A stretch of 64,000 bases of DNA from Mobula hypostoma (taxonomy: Eukaryota), in the NCBI RefSeq assembly GCF_963921235.1, contig NC_086097.1:206710001-206774000 (forward strand), read 5' to 3'. The first letter of the stretch is position 1. Each line of letters begins with the position of its first letter. Shown piece by piece: positions 25,570 to 37,641 of the stretch. Below the pieces are notes generated by a model, which was not told the DNA's origin, ran no database searches, and saw only the letters and a program-made list of their open reading frames with translations. The position numbers and the translations under genes are program-made.

Positions 25570-26290
25570 ACATTTCAGGAGGTGCCGTCCACTCTGATGT
25601 CAGCCACACTGAATTGTCCAACTGTATCACCATGCAATTGAAGTTACTGGCTGGAGCAACCAGCCAAGATTTTGCCAGCAGGAGTTGGAACAGCTGGAGG
25701 ACTAGCAGCTGTTTGTTCTTCAGAGCCAGAGCATAAACATTGATAAGTTGCAATGGAGAACTTCTGTGTCTGTGCATTACATTTGCATTGAAGGAAGCCA
25801 CCAGTCAGCGCTTTGACTTTACTGGTGATACCCACAGCTGAATATCCAAGCAGGAGGCACACCAACCATCACAACCCTCCTCCCATAACCTAACCCACCT
25901 ATTTCCTAAAATCAACAGTGCATGGGACCATCATCATGACCACTGTCATTTGTTGCAGGTGTGTGAAAAGCCAGGCGCCTCCAGAAAGCACATTGGCAAA
26001 GTATCCCAAAATCGTATGTTGATTCATGCCGCTTTGAATCCACCGTTTTATAGATTCGAGGTCCAAAATCACTTGCTCACGATCAGCTCTCTGTGTCAGT
26101 TTTCCCAGAGCTTGATGGAATGGCAGCGCTTGTTTCAGGCTGTTACAAGCTCTCATCTTCTCCCTTAGGGTTTGTTTCCCCGTGGTGAAGCTGGTGGTGC
26201 TATGGAGGGTATGTGTGGGGGAGAAAATCAGCCTTGAAATCTTGAATTCTGCCACCTTCACCTCTCTTCTGCAGCTTGGACTCAGCATGC
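25570..26290 (-). mobile_element. Tx1-like L1-clade remnant (AP endonuclease region)
   Basis: ORF 25562-25801(-) PLQLINVYALA...LLLAKSWLVAPASNFNC resembles LINVYAP...GDFNC of L1/Tx1 endonucleases. Confidence 0.6.
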
Positions 26291-26883
26291 TGTTCCTTCC
26301 TAAAATGAAGTGTCCTGTTATCCTTACAATCGGACTGCTATAGAAATATCATTTAATAAAGTTACTATGAATATTCATGTGTTTTATTGATTTTGAGTAC
26401 ATAGTGGATGTTAACATTTCCTTTATTTTATGTAGCTCAAAGCAGCTTATTCCAGTTAGCATGTAATAAGTACAGAGAGATCTGGGCAGGATTACTATTA
26501 CAAAGATCTAGAATTATTACAACAAACAAGCCATAAGGGCAGAATGTCAACAATGGTTTTCCTAACATGATTTTAATTTTAGATTTAATTCTGGCATTCT
26601 GCATTATTAAGGACTGCAAGTAGGGGATTTAATATTTAAGATGTCATTTTGACCAAAGAGCAGTTCTTTAAAATTGTATGGAAAATTTCAGCTTTCTTGC
26701 AGACAACAGTATAAACGACCCACACTTCAGCCTGGAGGAAAGTACCAGGAATATGGTTCTTGTCTCTGTATGAAAATGACCTTGGTTGCTTGTAGACTCA
26801 ACCAGCAGCTACAAGTCCCATTGTACTGCACTTCTGGTGGGAAACCAGGAACTGGGCAAAATTTAGCCCATTATTACTGTGTA

Positions 26884-27825
26884 CATACATCTATCGATGC
26901 TTCTGGACACATCTTCAGTGATGTTCCTGGAATTATCGGATGTTTCAGGTCTTTCAACATCGTACAACCTCCTCCAGGTGACCCAGCCGGGGCTGATCAG
27001 ACCCCAGCTTGTGTCCAGATGGCTAGCTACTTATGACTCCATGGCTCCCCTCTTTTGAGCCACAGCAATCTTGAGGCCCTCTCTTCCGCATCAGTGGTAC
27101 TGCAGATGGTACTGGCTCTTCCCCTCTCCCTCGATGCCCAAAATGCTGAAGGGTCTAACTAAAGAATGGGCTACGAATCCCATACAACCAACCTCCACTG
27201 GGTTGTCATGGCTAGCAGCTTCCTATCAACCCCTCCCTTCGCCGATGCCTCCAGAATTTGGTTAACAACTTCATCAAACTGCTTCCACAGTGAAGTCATG
27301 TTAGCTGCAGGCCATTTGATCTGCCTCCTGTTAGACTTCATGTTAGAGGGATTAGTTTGCAACACTTGGAGGTTCCGGGCACTAGGGGGTGACTCCGGGC
27401 CTGGCCTCTCCTTCATCTCACCAGGTTGAACATCTGCGCGTTGTACTGCTCCTGCTCCTGCCAAACACTTCATCCTTGCTTGGTGGATCTTCAAGCCACA
27501 GTTGTTCTTGAAGATTTTGCCACATGCACACTGCTTCCTCATCGTCGTTTGTTCATTGCCTGGGTCTGATGTCGTTGTGTCCATCCGACTGGGGTGCTCA
27601 TCCTCCCCACCCTCAGGCACCCCTGGGGGTATCTTTTCCTTAGATTCTTTGTAGCTTTTGTGGGGGTCCTCCTCTCAGAGGGCACAGATTGGGTTGCCAG
27701 CCCGTTCTACACCGGTTGCCGTCTCTCTGGGCTGTCACTGACTCTCCAGTCATCACCACGCTTTTCGTGGTTGTCGCCCAGTCTTTCCTGGTTGTCACTG
27801 ATTAACTCAGGGTGTAAGCTCTGTT
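26884..27825 (-). mobile_element. R2-superfamily HERO-like LINE, internally deleted (5'UTR + N-terminus fused to RLE C-terminus + 3'UTR)
   Basis: ORF 27171-27620(-) CACGKIFKNNCGLKIHQARMKC zinc finger and IKWP; at about 27202 it jumps to PVEVGCMGFVAHSL...ASRLLWLKRGEPW (restriction-like endonuclease end); no RT. Confidence 0.8.
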
Positions 27826-28051
27826 CATACACCTATTGATGCTTCTGGACATATCTTCAGTGATGTTCCTGGAATCATCGGGTGTTTTGGGTCTTTCAAC
27901 ATCGTACAACCTCCTCCAGGTGACCCAGCCGGGGCTGATCAGACCCCAGCTTGTGTCCAGATGGCTAGCTACTTATGACTCCATGGCTCCCCTCTTTTGA
28001 GCCACAGCAATCTTGAGGCCCTCTCTACCGCATCGGTGGTACTGCGGATGG
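27826..28051 (-). repeat. Second copy of the HERO 3' end (226-bp direct repeat of 26884-27109)
   Basis: Hand alignment gives about 10 substitutions in 226 bp; it abuts the 5' end of the first copy. Confidence 0.92.
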
Positions 28052-28214
28052 CTGTCAGCAAATATTCACTTTAGTGAATTACTTTTTCTGAAACTCCTGG
28101 TCACATACCTGTATCGTTGTTATTCAGCTGCAGAGTGGTGCCAATATTCTTATTTCAAGCATGCACTTTATTACCTGGCAGAAAATCACATCTTTTGGTT
28201 GTAGAGAAGTTTGG

Positions 28215-28810
28215 TCAGTCTTAAATGAGAGTATTGAGTATAGGAGCTGGGATGTTAAGTTGAAGTTTTATAAGGTGTTGGTGAAGCCTAATTTGGAGTA
28301 TCATTTGCAGTTTTGGACACCTGCTGACAGGAATGATAAAAGATCGAAAGAGTACATAAAAAAATTACAAGAATGTTGCAGTGAGCTGAGAACCTGAGTT
28401 ATAGGGAATGACTGAATAAGTTAGGATGTTTCCCTGGAGCAGAGGAGAATGAGGGATGATTTGATAGAAGTCTGCAAAATTATGAGGGGTATAGACAGCG
28501 TAAATGCAAGCAGGCTTTTCCACTGGGGTTAATTGAGGTTAGAACTAGAGGTCATGGATTAAGGCTGAAAGGTGAAATAGTTAAGGGGAACCTGAGGGGG
28601 AACTTATTAACTCAGAGGGTGGTGGGAGTGCGAAATGAGCTTCCAGTGGAAGTGGTTGATGAGGGTTCGATTGCAGCATTTAAGAGAAGTTTGGATAGGT
28701 ACATCGATGGGAAGATTATGGAAGGTTAAGCTCCAGACTGCAAGTCAATGGGACTAGACAGAATAACAGTTTGGCATGGACAAATGGCCTGTGCTGTCAT
28801 GCTCTATGGC
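28215..28810 (+). mobile_element. CR1 3' fragment
   Basis: ORF 28161-28397 IEYRSWDV.LKFYKVLVKPNLEYHLQFW; CR1-type 3'UTR. Confidence 0.85.
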
Positions 28811-29659
28811 TCTTGATTTTATGCTCAATGGTTCTTTGAAAGTTTCTTGATGCATTGCAAACAAAGCTTTTGTGATTTATCTCTTTGTTATTTGGGCTAC
28901 ACCCCTCTTTGAAACTACAACGTTTTAAAGTGCACCTGACATTGGCAGGGATCTCAACAGTAGGTGAGAAATAACTGAGCAAAAAATAAAGAATGAATTT
29001 CCATTCAGATCAACAATGGGGGAATGACTGGAAACCTGATGTGTAAACCTCCATGTTTTATCCATATAAAATCACCAAGCTACTAAAGGTCACTGAACTA
29101 GATGGTATGGTACCATCTGAAAGGGAAGTAGAAAGTGGAAGTGCAAATGAATTACAGCTTTATTGAACAGAATGAGGCTAACTAAATCAGGAAGAGAACA
29201 CTTTTCCTGAAACTTTATTCAAAAAAATGTTACCCTTGGTAACAATGGAATCATCCTCAGTATTCCCTTGAAGACCGACTGACTCAGGTTTGCATGCTTA
29301 CTTGGAAAGATTTAGACAGGCTAGACTCAACTCAATACAACAGGAGTAAAATCTCCCATAAATCAATGTAATTGAACAAAGATTCCAGCATCTGCAGTCC
29401 TGTATCTCGCCTGATTGTTTTTGAAATTAGTTAAAGCAATTTGGAATAATTATGGTTTCTGCATTAGCAAAGGAACTAAATGAGACAGTTATTGTCTAAT
29501 GGACATGAGCTGCTGGCCACCAAGGATGCTTTATTCTGTTCATGATTGCTGTTCAGTTGAAAAGTACCTTTAAATGATCTGAGGGTAGGACCAGTTTTGT
29601 GTATGGAGATTGTTTCAGTCGGTGCAACGGCCTTCCTTTTAAATTTGACTTTTTTATTT

Positions 29660-29945
29660 TATTGACATACAGTCCATGTAGGCCTTTGGAGTCTCACCAA
29701 CCAGCAATCCCACAATTTAATCCAAGTCTAATCACAGGACAATTTACAATTGTCCTTATTTGCAATCAGTGGGTGGTGATTGCAATTTACAATAACCTAT
29801 TCATCAACCAAACAGTATGGCTTTGGACTCTGGGAAGTAACCCACACAGTCACATGCAAACTCCTTACAGACAACAGCAGGAATTGAATGCAGGTCCCTT
29901 GTACTGTAAAGCGTTGTGCAAACCACTGGTCTACTGAGCCACCCC
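29660..29945 (-). mobile_element. tRNA-derived SINE (old)
   Basis: Minus strand begins GGTGGCTCAGTAGACCAGTGG...GCTTTACAGTAC...ATTCAATTCCTGCTGTTGTCTGTAAGGAGTTTG; same family as 47675 and 49275. Confidence 0.7.
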
Positions 29946-30719
29946 AATTCTTTGGGGGAGGAGTGGGTTGAGTTTGGTCAATCTGCTCTGGTCATAAAGT
30001 GTCGTCCAGCAAGTCAACGCTTGATAATTATGTTTACTTTTGGCATTCATGCTGTGATTAAAACCAGAAGGACATGAATGACACAGACCAGTACGGAATA
30101 AAACTCCCTTACCACAACACGTACTTGGAAATCCAGGAGAAAATTATGAGAGACTAGCTTTTGTTTTGAAGTCTGGATTCCCTAAATGCATCTATATACC
30201 TTTTATATAGATTTCATATTTTATTTATAATGAACTTGTCCATAAAATTTGGATCCTATCATAGGAGCTCACGATAAAATACATTTCAAGGACATCTGAT
30301 CTCAGAATTCAGGCTATTCTATATTTAGGATAGATAAACTAACTTTTATTTCAGGTTCAAATATCACAAAGTTTTGCCTAATTTTACTTTTTTAATATTT
30401 ATCAGTAATTTGTTCCTCAATATTTTGAATCTGTATGGACTTTGTTCTTTCCCATGCCTTCTGTCAAAGTTTCACTGTGTTAAGATTTACATGCTGTGCT
30501 ATGAAATTTCACCTCTAGCTGCTTCTTATTTTAAAAGTGTTGTCATCATCCTTATTCATGGGGTGTCTGAGTCAGGTATGTATATAAATCCCATTCCACT
30601 ACTATCCATAACATTACTCTGTACAAGTGTTATTTTCATATTTTGAATCCCCAGCTGGAAACTTCGCCCACTGATTGCAAATCAGTAAGAAACAATTTTC
30701 CCATATGCATTATACTTAC

Positions 30720-30763
30720 AGGGCTGGGGTGTCAGATTCAATACTGAAGGCACCATTACGTAC
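30720..30763 (-). other. Candidate 44-nt exon
   Basis: TTGTTTTAATTAG| acceptor and CCT|GTAAGT donor; lies in the TE-free block about 1.2 kb downstream of the candidate first exon. Confidence 0.35.
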
Positions 30764-31689
30764 CTAATTAAAACAATACATTTATCCAGATAAACCTTTT
30801 TGTGCCAAAATGCCCATGATTAACTCCAGTACAAGTGAAACAACCATAAATATTTTGATTGAACATTTGTGTAGAATGAAACAATCAGTGCAAAACTTTG
30901 TTTTCCTATTACTGATAAGTTTGCAAGGCTTGATACAGGCAATGTTTCCATCTCCCACAATGAGAAAATCAATGTTGTTCCTGAGCTCTTTTCATTACAT
31001 TTGTCGTGGATCAAACTCTTTCGTTCCATTCTTCCTCCACTGAGACAACTTCACCTTTTCAAAGTGTTCCTTTTCTCAATACAATTCAATTATTTCATTT
31101 AAGCTTCCAAACCAATGTTCACTTTAATAAACAATCTATCTTTAGCTTCACCAAAAGCAATTTGACCATGGAATATATTTTTACTGGGATCCCTTTGCTT
31201 AGGACAGAATATTCTGCTTGTATTCATCTTTAGAGAGGTGAGTGGCATCTTCAATGTAGATGACCAACATGTCATCAAAATAACTACCTTCACTGATCTT
31301 AACACCGCTTCAGATTTAAAGTACCAAGAATTTATTACTTATCCACAAAACGCCCTCCTGTGGTTGTGGGCTGAGGGACAAGGAGAATCTTATGATTACT
31401 TTCACCTGATCTTGCGAGAATTTGAGGGGAGGTCGAAGTTTCTTTTTTTTAAGTTTCCAGTAAGGTTACATAATTCCGAGCCAGTCTGTCAAAATGCGGC
31501 AGCTGAGTCCCAAATGAGCCCAGTTTCCAACGAGTAGAGTGTGGCTGTGACTGGAGGTGAGTTTACCACACAGGTGGAGACACACAACTTGAGACAACAA
31601 ACAGTCCATTCCATGGTGCAAACTCTTAGAAATGCACCGCAAAACAAAAGGAGTTAAAAGCATTTTCCAAAATGTGATCTCTTTCAAGT

Positions 31690-32047
31690 TTTCTGCAAGG
31701 AGCTCGCTGAGGCGATCGATTTTAAGATGGGGGTTGCCCTAGGAAATTCATATGCTGGAAGTCATATCAGTTCTCTTGATGTCGATGTAAATTTGATATA
31801 CAGTACAGGCATTTCTTCCGATCCAGCAATAGACACATTTATTGGCATCAGGGAGAATATGTCCTTGTCTCGGTTCAGTCTGACTGAACCATCTCAGCGG
31901 TCACTGGTTACTGCCTCGGCGTGTCGCTGCCCATCAACGCTACTGCTCCTCTCCGCTTACCTCAATCGCAGTTTGTCAAGCTTTTACAGGTATTTCTTGG
32001 GAGCCTGTTTTCGAATATCTATCTATGTCTCTCTCTCTCTCTCTCTT

Positions 32048-32094
<47 letters not shown>

Positions 32095-32900
32095 CCGGCA
32101 TCTTTCTCCCAGTTTGTCTGTCTATTCCTGTACATCTCCTGCGCCTCGGTTTGTATGTGCCATTTGACTCTCCTAGATATTTCCTTTCCCCCTTCTCTTC
32201 ATATGCCTTGTCCTCTTTCACGCTCTTTTTTAAGTTATTTGTCGTCGGAATTTTTTGCCTTCAAGTTGATACTTCCTTGCTACAGTCCTATAACATTTTT
32301 TCTCCTAGACATAAGGAACTGCACGACATCTGATATATTAACGATTTTTTTCTCTCTATATATCTGCGCTTATATCATTTTAGTTTCCATTATGACAATT
32401 TTCCCTGTTTCTTCCCGTTCGGTTCGACTGATAGTTCTATTCGCCCTTATCTTTCGCCGCCAATAAGGATTGACGTTTCTGCTTCAATATCAGCCTATGT
32501 TTCTCGACGTTTGTCTCTGTCCAGACTCTGCTCTCTCTCTTGTTCTCTCTCTGTCTCAGTTTCAGTCACAGCAAACTCCAATCAGATTCATATATTGTCG
32601 TTTAGCAAATGAGTATAAAATACAATCAGTTACAAGAAAAAAAAGTTACTAATTGAACTTACTGTGTGCATGAAGTTGTTCTGGGTGTGGTTCGATTTGC
32701 GGAAGAAGTTACAGAGTTGTTCTGTTCAACTTTTTTGTTGAGTGACTTCAGAGAAAACTTCACAACAAACTTTGTAGGTCATGTGACTGAACTTAGTTGT
32801 CAGTAAACTCAAACCTCAACGGCCTCCTTTGCATTCAGTAGATTGTACTTTCCCCCCAAACAGATTTACTCTCAAATCACTTAGCATGTTCCAATCATGT
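31690..32900 (-). promoter_or_regulatory. Putative promoter / alternative non-coding first exons of an unidentified minus-strand gene
   Basis: About 30 CpGs by hand count in 31690-32520 versus fewer than 10 in 30000-30840; no TE; donors GAG|GTAAGC (exon end 31961) and ACA|GTAAGT (exon end 32663). Confidence 0.55.
32028..32092. repeat. Compound microsatellite (TC)n(CA)18
   Basis: TC run 32028-32057 with one interruption; CA run 32057-32092. Confidence 0.97.
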
Positions 32901-33799
32901 GAAATAGATCTGTATATTTTTAAAAGTAGTTTTAAAGTTTCAAATTGACACACGTGTCCTGCAGGAAACCACATAAAACTTATTTTTCAGCCAAGCGGTT
33001 TTAGAGTTCAGTTCAAACAGATCCAATATAGAGATTGCTTTTAGGAGAGATATTCAGGACACATGAACATTTAGAAATAGTGAGAAAAGTTGGAAATTGG
33101 TTTAAACGTGACATACATGATATACATCTATGGCACAAAATTGGCATATTCTTATTCTAAGTTCTAAATGTAACATCAAATATAAGAACAACTTAAGGAA
33201 GAAACAGGTTTTGGCTGCTGTGGAAGTTTCCTATAGTTTTTTTTTTCTCCTTAGGTCCGAGAACGGGGCAATGTTTTGACCAAAACATCTCGAACAATAA
33301 ATACTGCGGCAGTTTGCTAAGCCACTTCGCTGTTCTAACTTGAATATCCGAAACAAGAAAAGTTGATATTTTCTACCTCATTCCGATATTGTGTCAGAAG
33401 GAAACTGCAGCAGAGAAAAACCAGCCCAGAATTAAATTGCCATCCATGGTTATATTTGCATAGCACTGTTTGCAAAATAACAAGACAGGTTTCATATTTT
33501 GCTGACAGGTTTTACCTGGCAATTGAAACGCTTTGGCCATGTTCAGATTGCGTCGGCAGGAGAGTTCTTTCTAACTTAAATATACAAACGTATTGTTCGG
33601 GTTTGACATTCAACGTGAGAGAACTTGTAACATTCATGGTCCATTTACATAGATTTAGCGAAAATAGCCTTTTCGTTTTGGGGCATAGGTGAGAGAGGGT
33701 CAACCGCATCGAGGAAAAATGTATAAATGTTTGAAAGCAGGAAAAGATACAGGCCTCCTGGCAGAAAGCAGGCTGGTTGAAAATCTTGGAATATGGTGA

Positions 33800-34345
33800 G
33801 CAATTTTAGGACCCTTATCTGACACTGGAGAGGGTCCAGAGCAGGTTCATAAGAATGATCCCGGGAATGCAAGGATTAACTATGAGAAACGTTCGATAGT
33901 CCTGGTCCATACTTGTTGGAGTTTAGAAGAATGAGGTGAGATGATCTCTTTGAAACCGCTGGAATATTGAACCGCCCAGATAGGGATTAGGTAGAGAGGA
34001 TGTTTCCCATAGTGAGGGAGTCTAGGACTAGAGAGCACAGCCTCAGAACACAAGAATGCCCCTTTAGAACAGAGATGAGGAAGAATTTATTTAGCCAGAC
34101 AGTGGTGAATCTGTGGAAATCATTTTGACAGACAGCCCAGGAGGCCAAGTTATTGGTTATATTTAAAGGATTCGTAGGTTCTTGATTAGTAAGGTGGTGG
34201 TGGTGGGGGCAAAGGATAGAGAGAGAATGAAGGAGAATAGGGTTAAGAATAGGCTGATTTAGAATAATAAAACAGCCACGATGGATTGATGGAGCAGACT
34301 CACTGGATCAAGTGGCATCTTTCTGCTCCTATGTCTTATGGTCTG
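33800..34345 (+). mobile_element. CR1 3' fragment
   Basis: GAGTTTAGAAGAATGAG...CACAGCCTCAGAA...GTGGTGAATCTGTGGAA...CTGCTCCTATGTCTTATGGTCT, shared with other CR1 ends in the window. Confidence 0.85.
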
Positions 34346-35004
34346 ATAGTAGGAGTAGTTCTGGATTGTTTGAACAGAGATGCAATGGCTTGACTGCTAC
34401 TAACTCCCATAGTCTGACATGTTACATCACTGCAAGCAATTTTGCAAACTATTCACACTTGACACTTATAAAGAGTACATTCAAAATTCTTATATGCAAT
34501 CTCTGTGGGACTTTCCTCGCTGGGCATTCCATAATATGAAGCTCTGTCTTCTGGGCCGGCCTCAATGGCATTTTGACAGCAGGTGCAGTCCCTTTGGGTC
34601 CCCCTTAGCCCTCAGTCCCAGTTCTACAAAACACCATGTGGATTTCCTTCATCCAGAGGTGCAATGGGCATGCACCTTACTTCATGACAACTCCACAAAA
34701 GTTGCAAGGAGCAGCACCAAACCAAAACCTTCGAATCTATCATTCAGTAGGGACTGTGGAAAATGTGCCCACAGAAATTCATCTCTTTTTTATGCTTAAG
34801 TTTTAATGACGTGCAAACCTTAAAAACCAATGAGTCCACAACATAACCGAACAGAAATATACAAAATTGTTACAGGAAAATGTCATTTCCTCATGCATGC
34901 TGCTGATGACATCTAACTTCATCACAATCTACTTCCTGTACCTCTTCTACTACAGTATATCCAAATTATTGAACCATTTATTCAAAATCTATTAGTGCTT
35001 GCAC

Positions 35005-35730
35005 AGAACATAGAACTGTATAAAACAGGAACTGGCCCTTCAGCCCACAGTGTTGTGCCAAACTCTTTAGTTAATGACACTTTACTTCTTCTGACTCTTC
35101 AAACACCTCTTCAAAGCTGCCTCCACCACTACAAATAGTGTACTTCAGATGACCTACCACTTTCTGTGTAAAAAAAACTTGCCAGGCACATCTCTTTCAA
35201 AATATCCTCCTCACCTTAAATGCATACCCTCTGGTATTCAACATTTTGATCCTGGGAAAAAGAAATACCAGCTGTCTCCACTATCTACGCCTCTCATAAT
35301 TGTATAAACTTCTATTAGGTATCCCTTCAACCTCAACTGCTCCAGAGTAAACAACCCTAGCTTGTCCACACTATCCTATTTTCACAGTCCATTGTCTTTT
35401 GCACACTGAGTACCCAATTTTGTGCGGCCTTTCATTGATTCTATTATTATTTATTATGTAATGGTTTTATTGCCCACAAAAAATGAATCTCAGGGTTGTA
35501 TATGGTGACATATATGTACATTGATAACAAACTTACTTTGAACTTTGAACATTTTATAGCGCAATCCAAGCAGCGTTCCTCAAAAACTCTTCTGAACGTC
35601 CTCCATATTGTCTACATGCTTGCTATAATGGAGTGAGCAGAAATGAGTGCAATACTACAGATGTGGCCTAGATAGAGATTTATAAATCTGCAACATAACA
35701 TTATGACTCTTGTACTCAATGCTTGGACTA
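35005..35730 (-). mobile_element. CR1 3' fragment interrupted by a Rex1/L2-type tail (about 35380-35550)
   Basis: Tail ACAGAACATAGAAC at about 35003; insert ends in (ACTTTGA)n. Confidence 0.7.
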
Positions 35731-37641
35731 ATACCTTTTTTTTTAGAAATTATGTTTTTCCACAATGAACTATTGGGAAGACTGAACCCATCTTCTCTGG
35801 GCCCTTGCCCTCTCCTGCTATCTGGCTGAAACTAAGTCAGGGAGCTTGTCATCTTTGAATGATAATAAACCCCAGACTGTGTCTTGCTGCAGTGCCTCAA
35901 ACTATTGAGTCCCACCTTTGTAATATCAATGACATTTATTTGTATCTGACTGATTGGCCATTGTTCCTATTAACATCAGGCATGAATATTCCAACACATA
36001 GCTGGTTTGTCCACTTATTCTTTTCGCATATTCCTGAGGTAATCTGCTGCACAAGGCCAGCCCCATTCAGGCAGCATGCTAAGTGTTTCTACACTCCTCT
36101 AACTGTAAGGTCTTGAACAGTCCTAGTATCATTGAGTGTGACGCCCTCAGCCGCCAAAATTCTATGTGCTTAAACACCTTTCCTCAAACTTGACTATCTT
36201 TCTTGTCAGATTTTCCATTTCATCCCAGATCTTCGATCAACCTATTAGATCTAATATCCATTTCTATGTCTCTGCATCAACTCATTGTTTATGTACACTC
36301 ATGTAATTTAACTTAAAATGTTTTCCCACATAAAAGGTGCTGGATTGAAAGAAGGTGTCATATTGCATAGACTAGTTTACAATGTCTGAGATTGGTTAAA
36401 CAAATTTATTTTTGTCTATGGAAAGAATAAGATCAATATTGATGTCAAATAACCAAGTGCGAAGGCTTAGCTGGGAGATAATCGTTCCTTTCAGTATCTT
36501 TCAAAATGTTTCTTAGATGGAAGAATTAGCTTCCTATCTGAGAGATTATCTACAAACTGCAATGATAAAAAATCCCTCACTGACCTTTTGAAACAGTCTA
36601 AAAGCACATTCTATTGTGATCTGTCTAGTGTTTGCTTGTGAGACTGTCTGCACACTGGAAACTGGATCACATTTGGAATAAGTCACCTTAGTCAAAACTC
36701 GCATATCTTTTTTGTTCTTCATCATTTCCTGACTTAAGTTAACTACTGTCCATATAGGTATGATAGGACAAATAACTCCCATCTGTGCTGTAATTTCAAT
36801 AATACAATTAAATCCAGTGACAGGGATCACTGAAAGCAAAACTGAATAGGTTCAACTCAAAGAAAAGAACAGCTCAAGGTTAAGATTTTTTCCTTCCCTT
36901 CTTTATATCTGCTCAGCAGGGATAGTACAGATGTCAGGCAGGATGGTTGAATGCTGCTCTTATGGGATGTGGGAAGGCAGGGTAGTCACCAGTATCACTG
37001 ATGACTAAAACTGTGAGAAGTGCATCCATAGAAACATAGAAAATCTGCAGCACAATACAGGCCCTTCGGCTCACAATGCTGTGCCGAACATGTACTTACT
37101 TTAGAAGTTACCTAGGGTTACCCATAGCCCTCTATTTTTTAAGCTCCATGTACCTATCCAGGAGTCTCTTAAAAGGCCCTATTGTATTCGCCTCCACCAC
37201 TGTTGCCGGCAGCCCATTCCACACACTCAACACTCTCTGTGTAAAAAACTTACCTCTGACATCTCCTCTGTACCTATTTCAAATCAACTTAAAACTGTGC
37301 CCTCTCATGTTAAGGCATTTCAGCCCTGGGAAAAAGTCTCTGACTATCCAAATGATCAATGTCTCTCATCATCTTATACACCTCTATCAAGTCACCTCTT
37401 ATCCTCCACTGCTCTAAGGAGAAAAGGCCGAGTTCACTCAACCTATCCAGGGAACATCCTTGTAAATCTCCTCTGCACACTTTCTGTATTGAGATGACTA
37501 GAAATGAGCACAGTACTCCAAGTGGGGTCTGACCAGGGTCCTATACAGCTGTAACATTACCTCTCAGCTCTTAAATTCAATCTCACGGTTGATGAAGGCC
37601 AGTGCACCATATGCTTTCTTAACCACAGAGTCAACCTGCGT

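Noticed and set aside
26884..28051. LTR retrotransposon or TRIM, suggested by the 226-bp direct repeats
   Set aside because: The repeats lack TG..CA, PBS and PPT, and encode the C-terminus and 3'UTR of a non-LTR HERO element
31727..32466. ORFs of 146 and 181 aa with SLSL/THTH runs
   Set aside because: Translation of the microsatellite and pyrimidine-rich DNA, not protein-like
7400..33790. Conserved vertebrate miRNA or tRNA genes in the unique blocks
   Set aside because: I recognised no mature miRNA or cloverleaf by eye; tRNA-like heads belong to SINEs. An Rfam/tRNAscan search would be needed to exclude them
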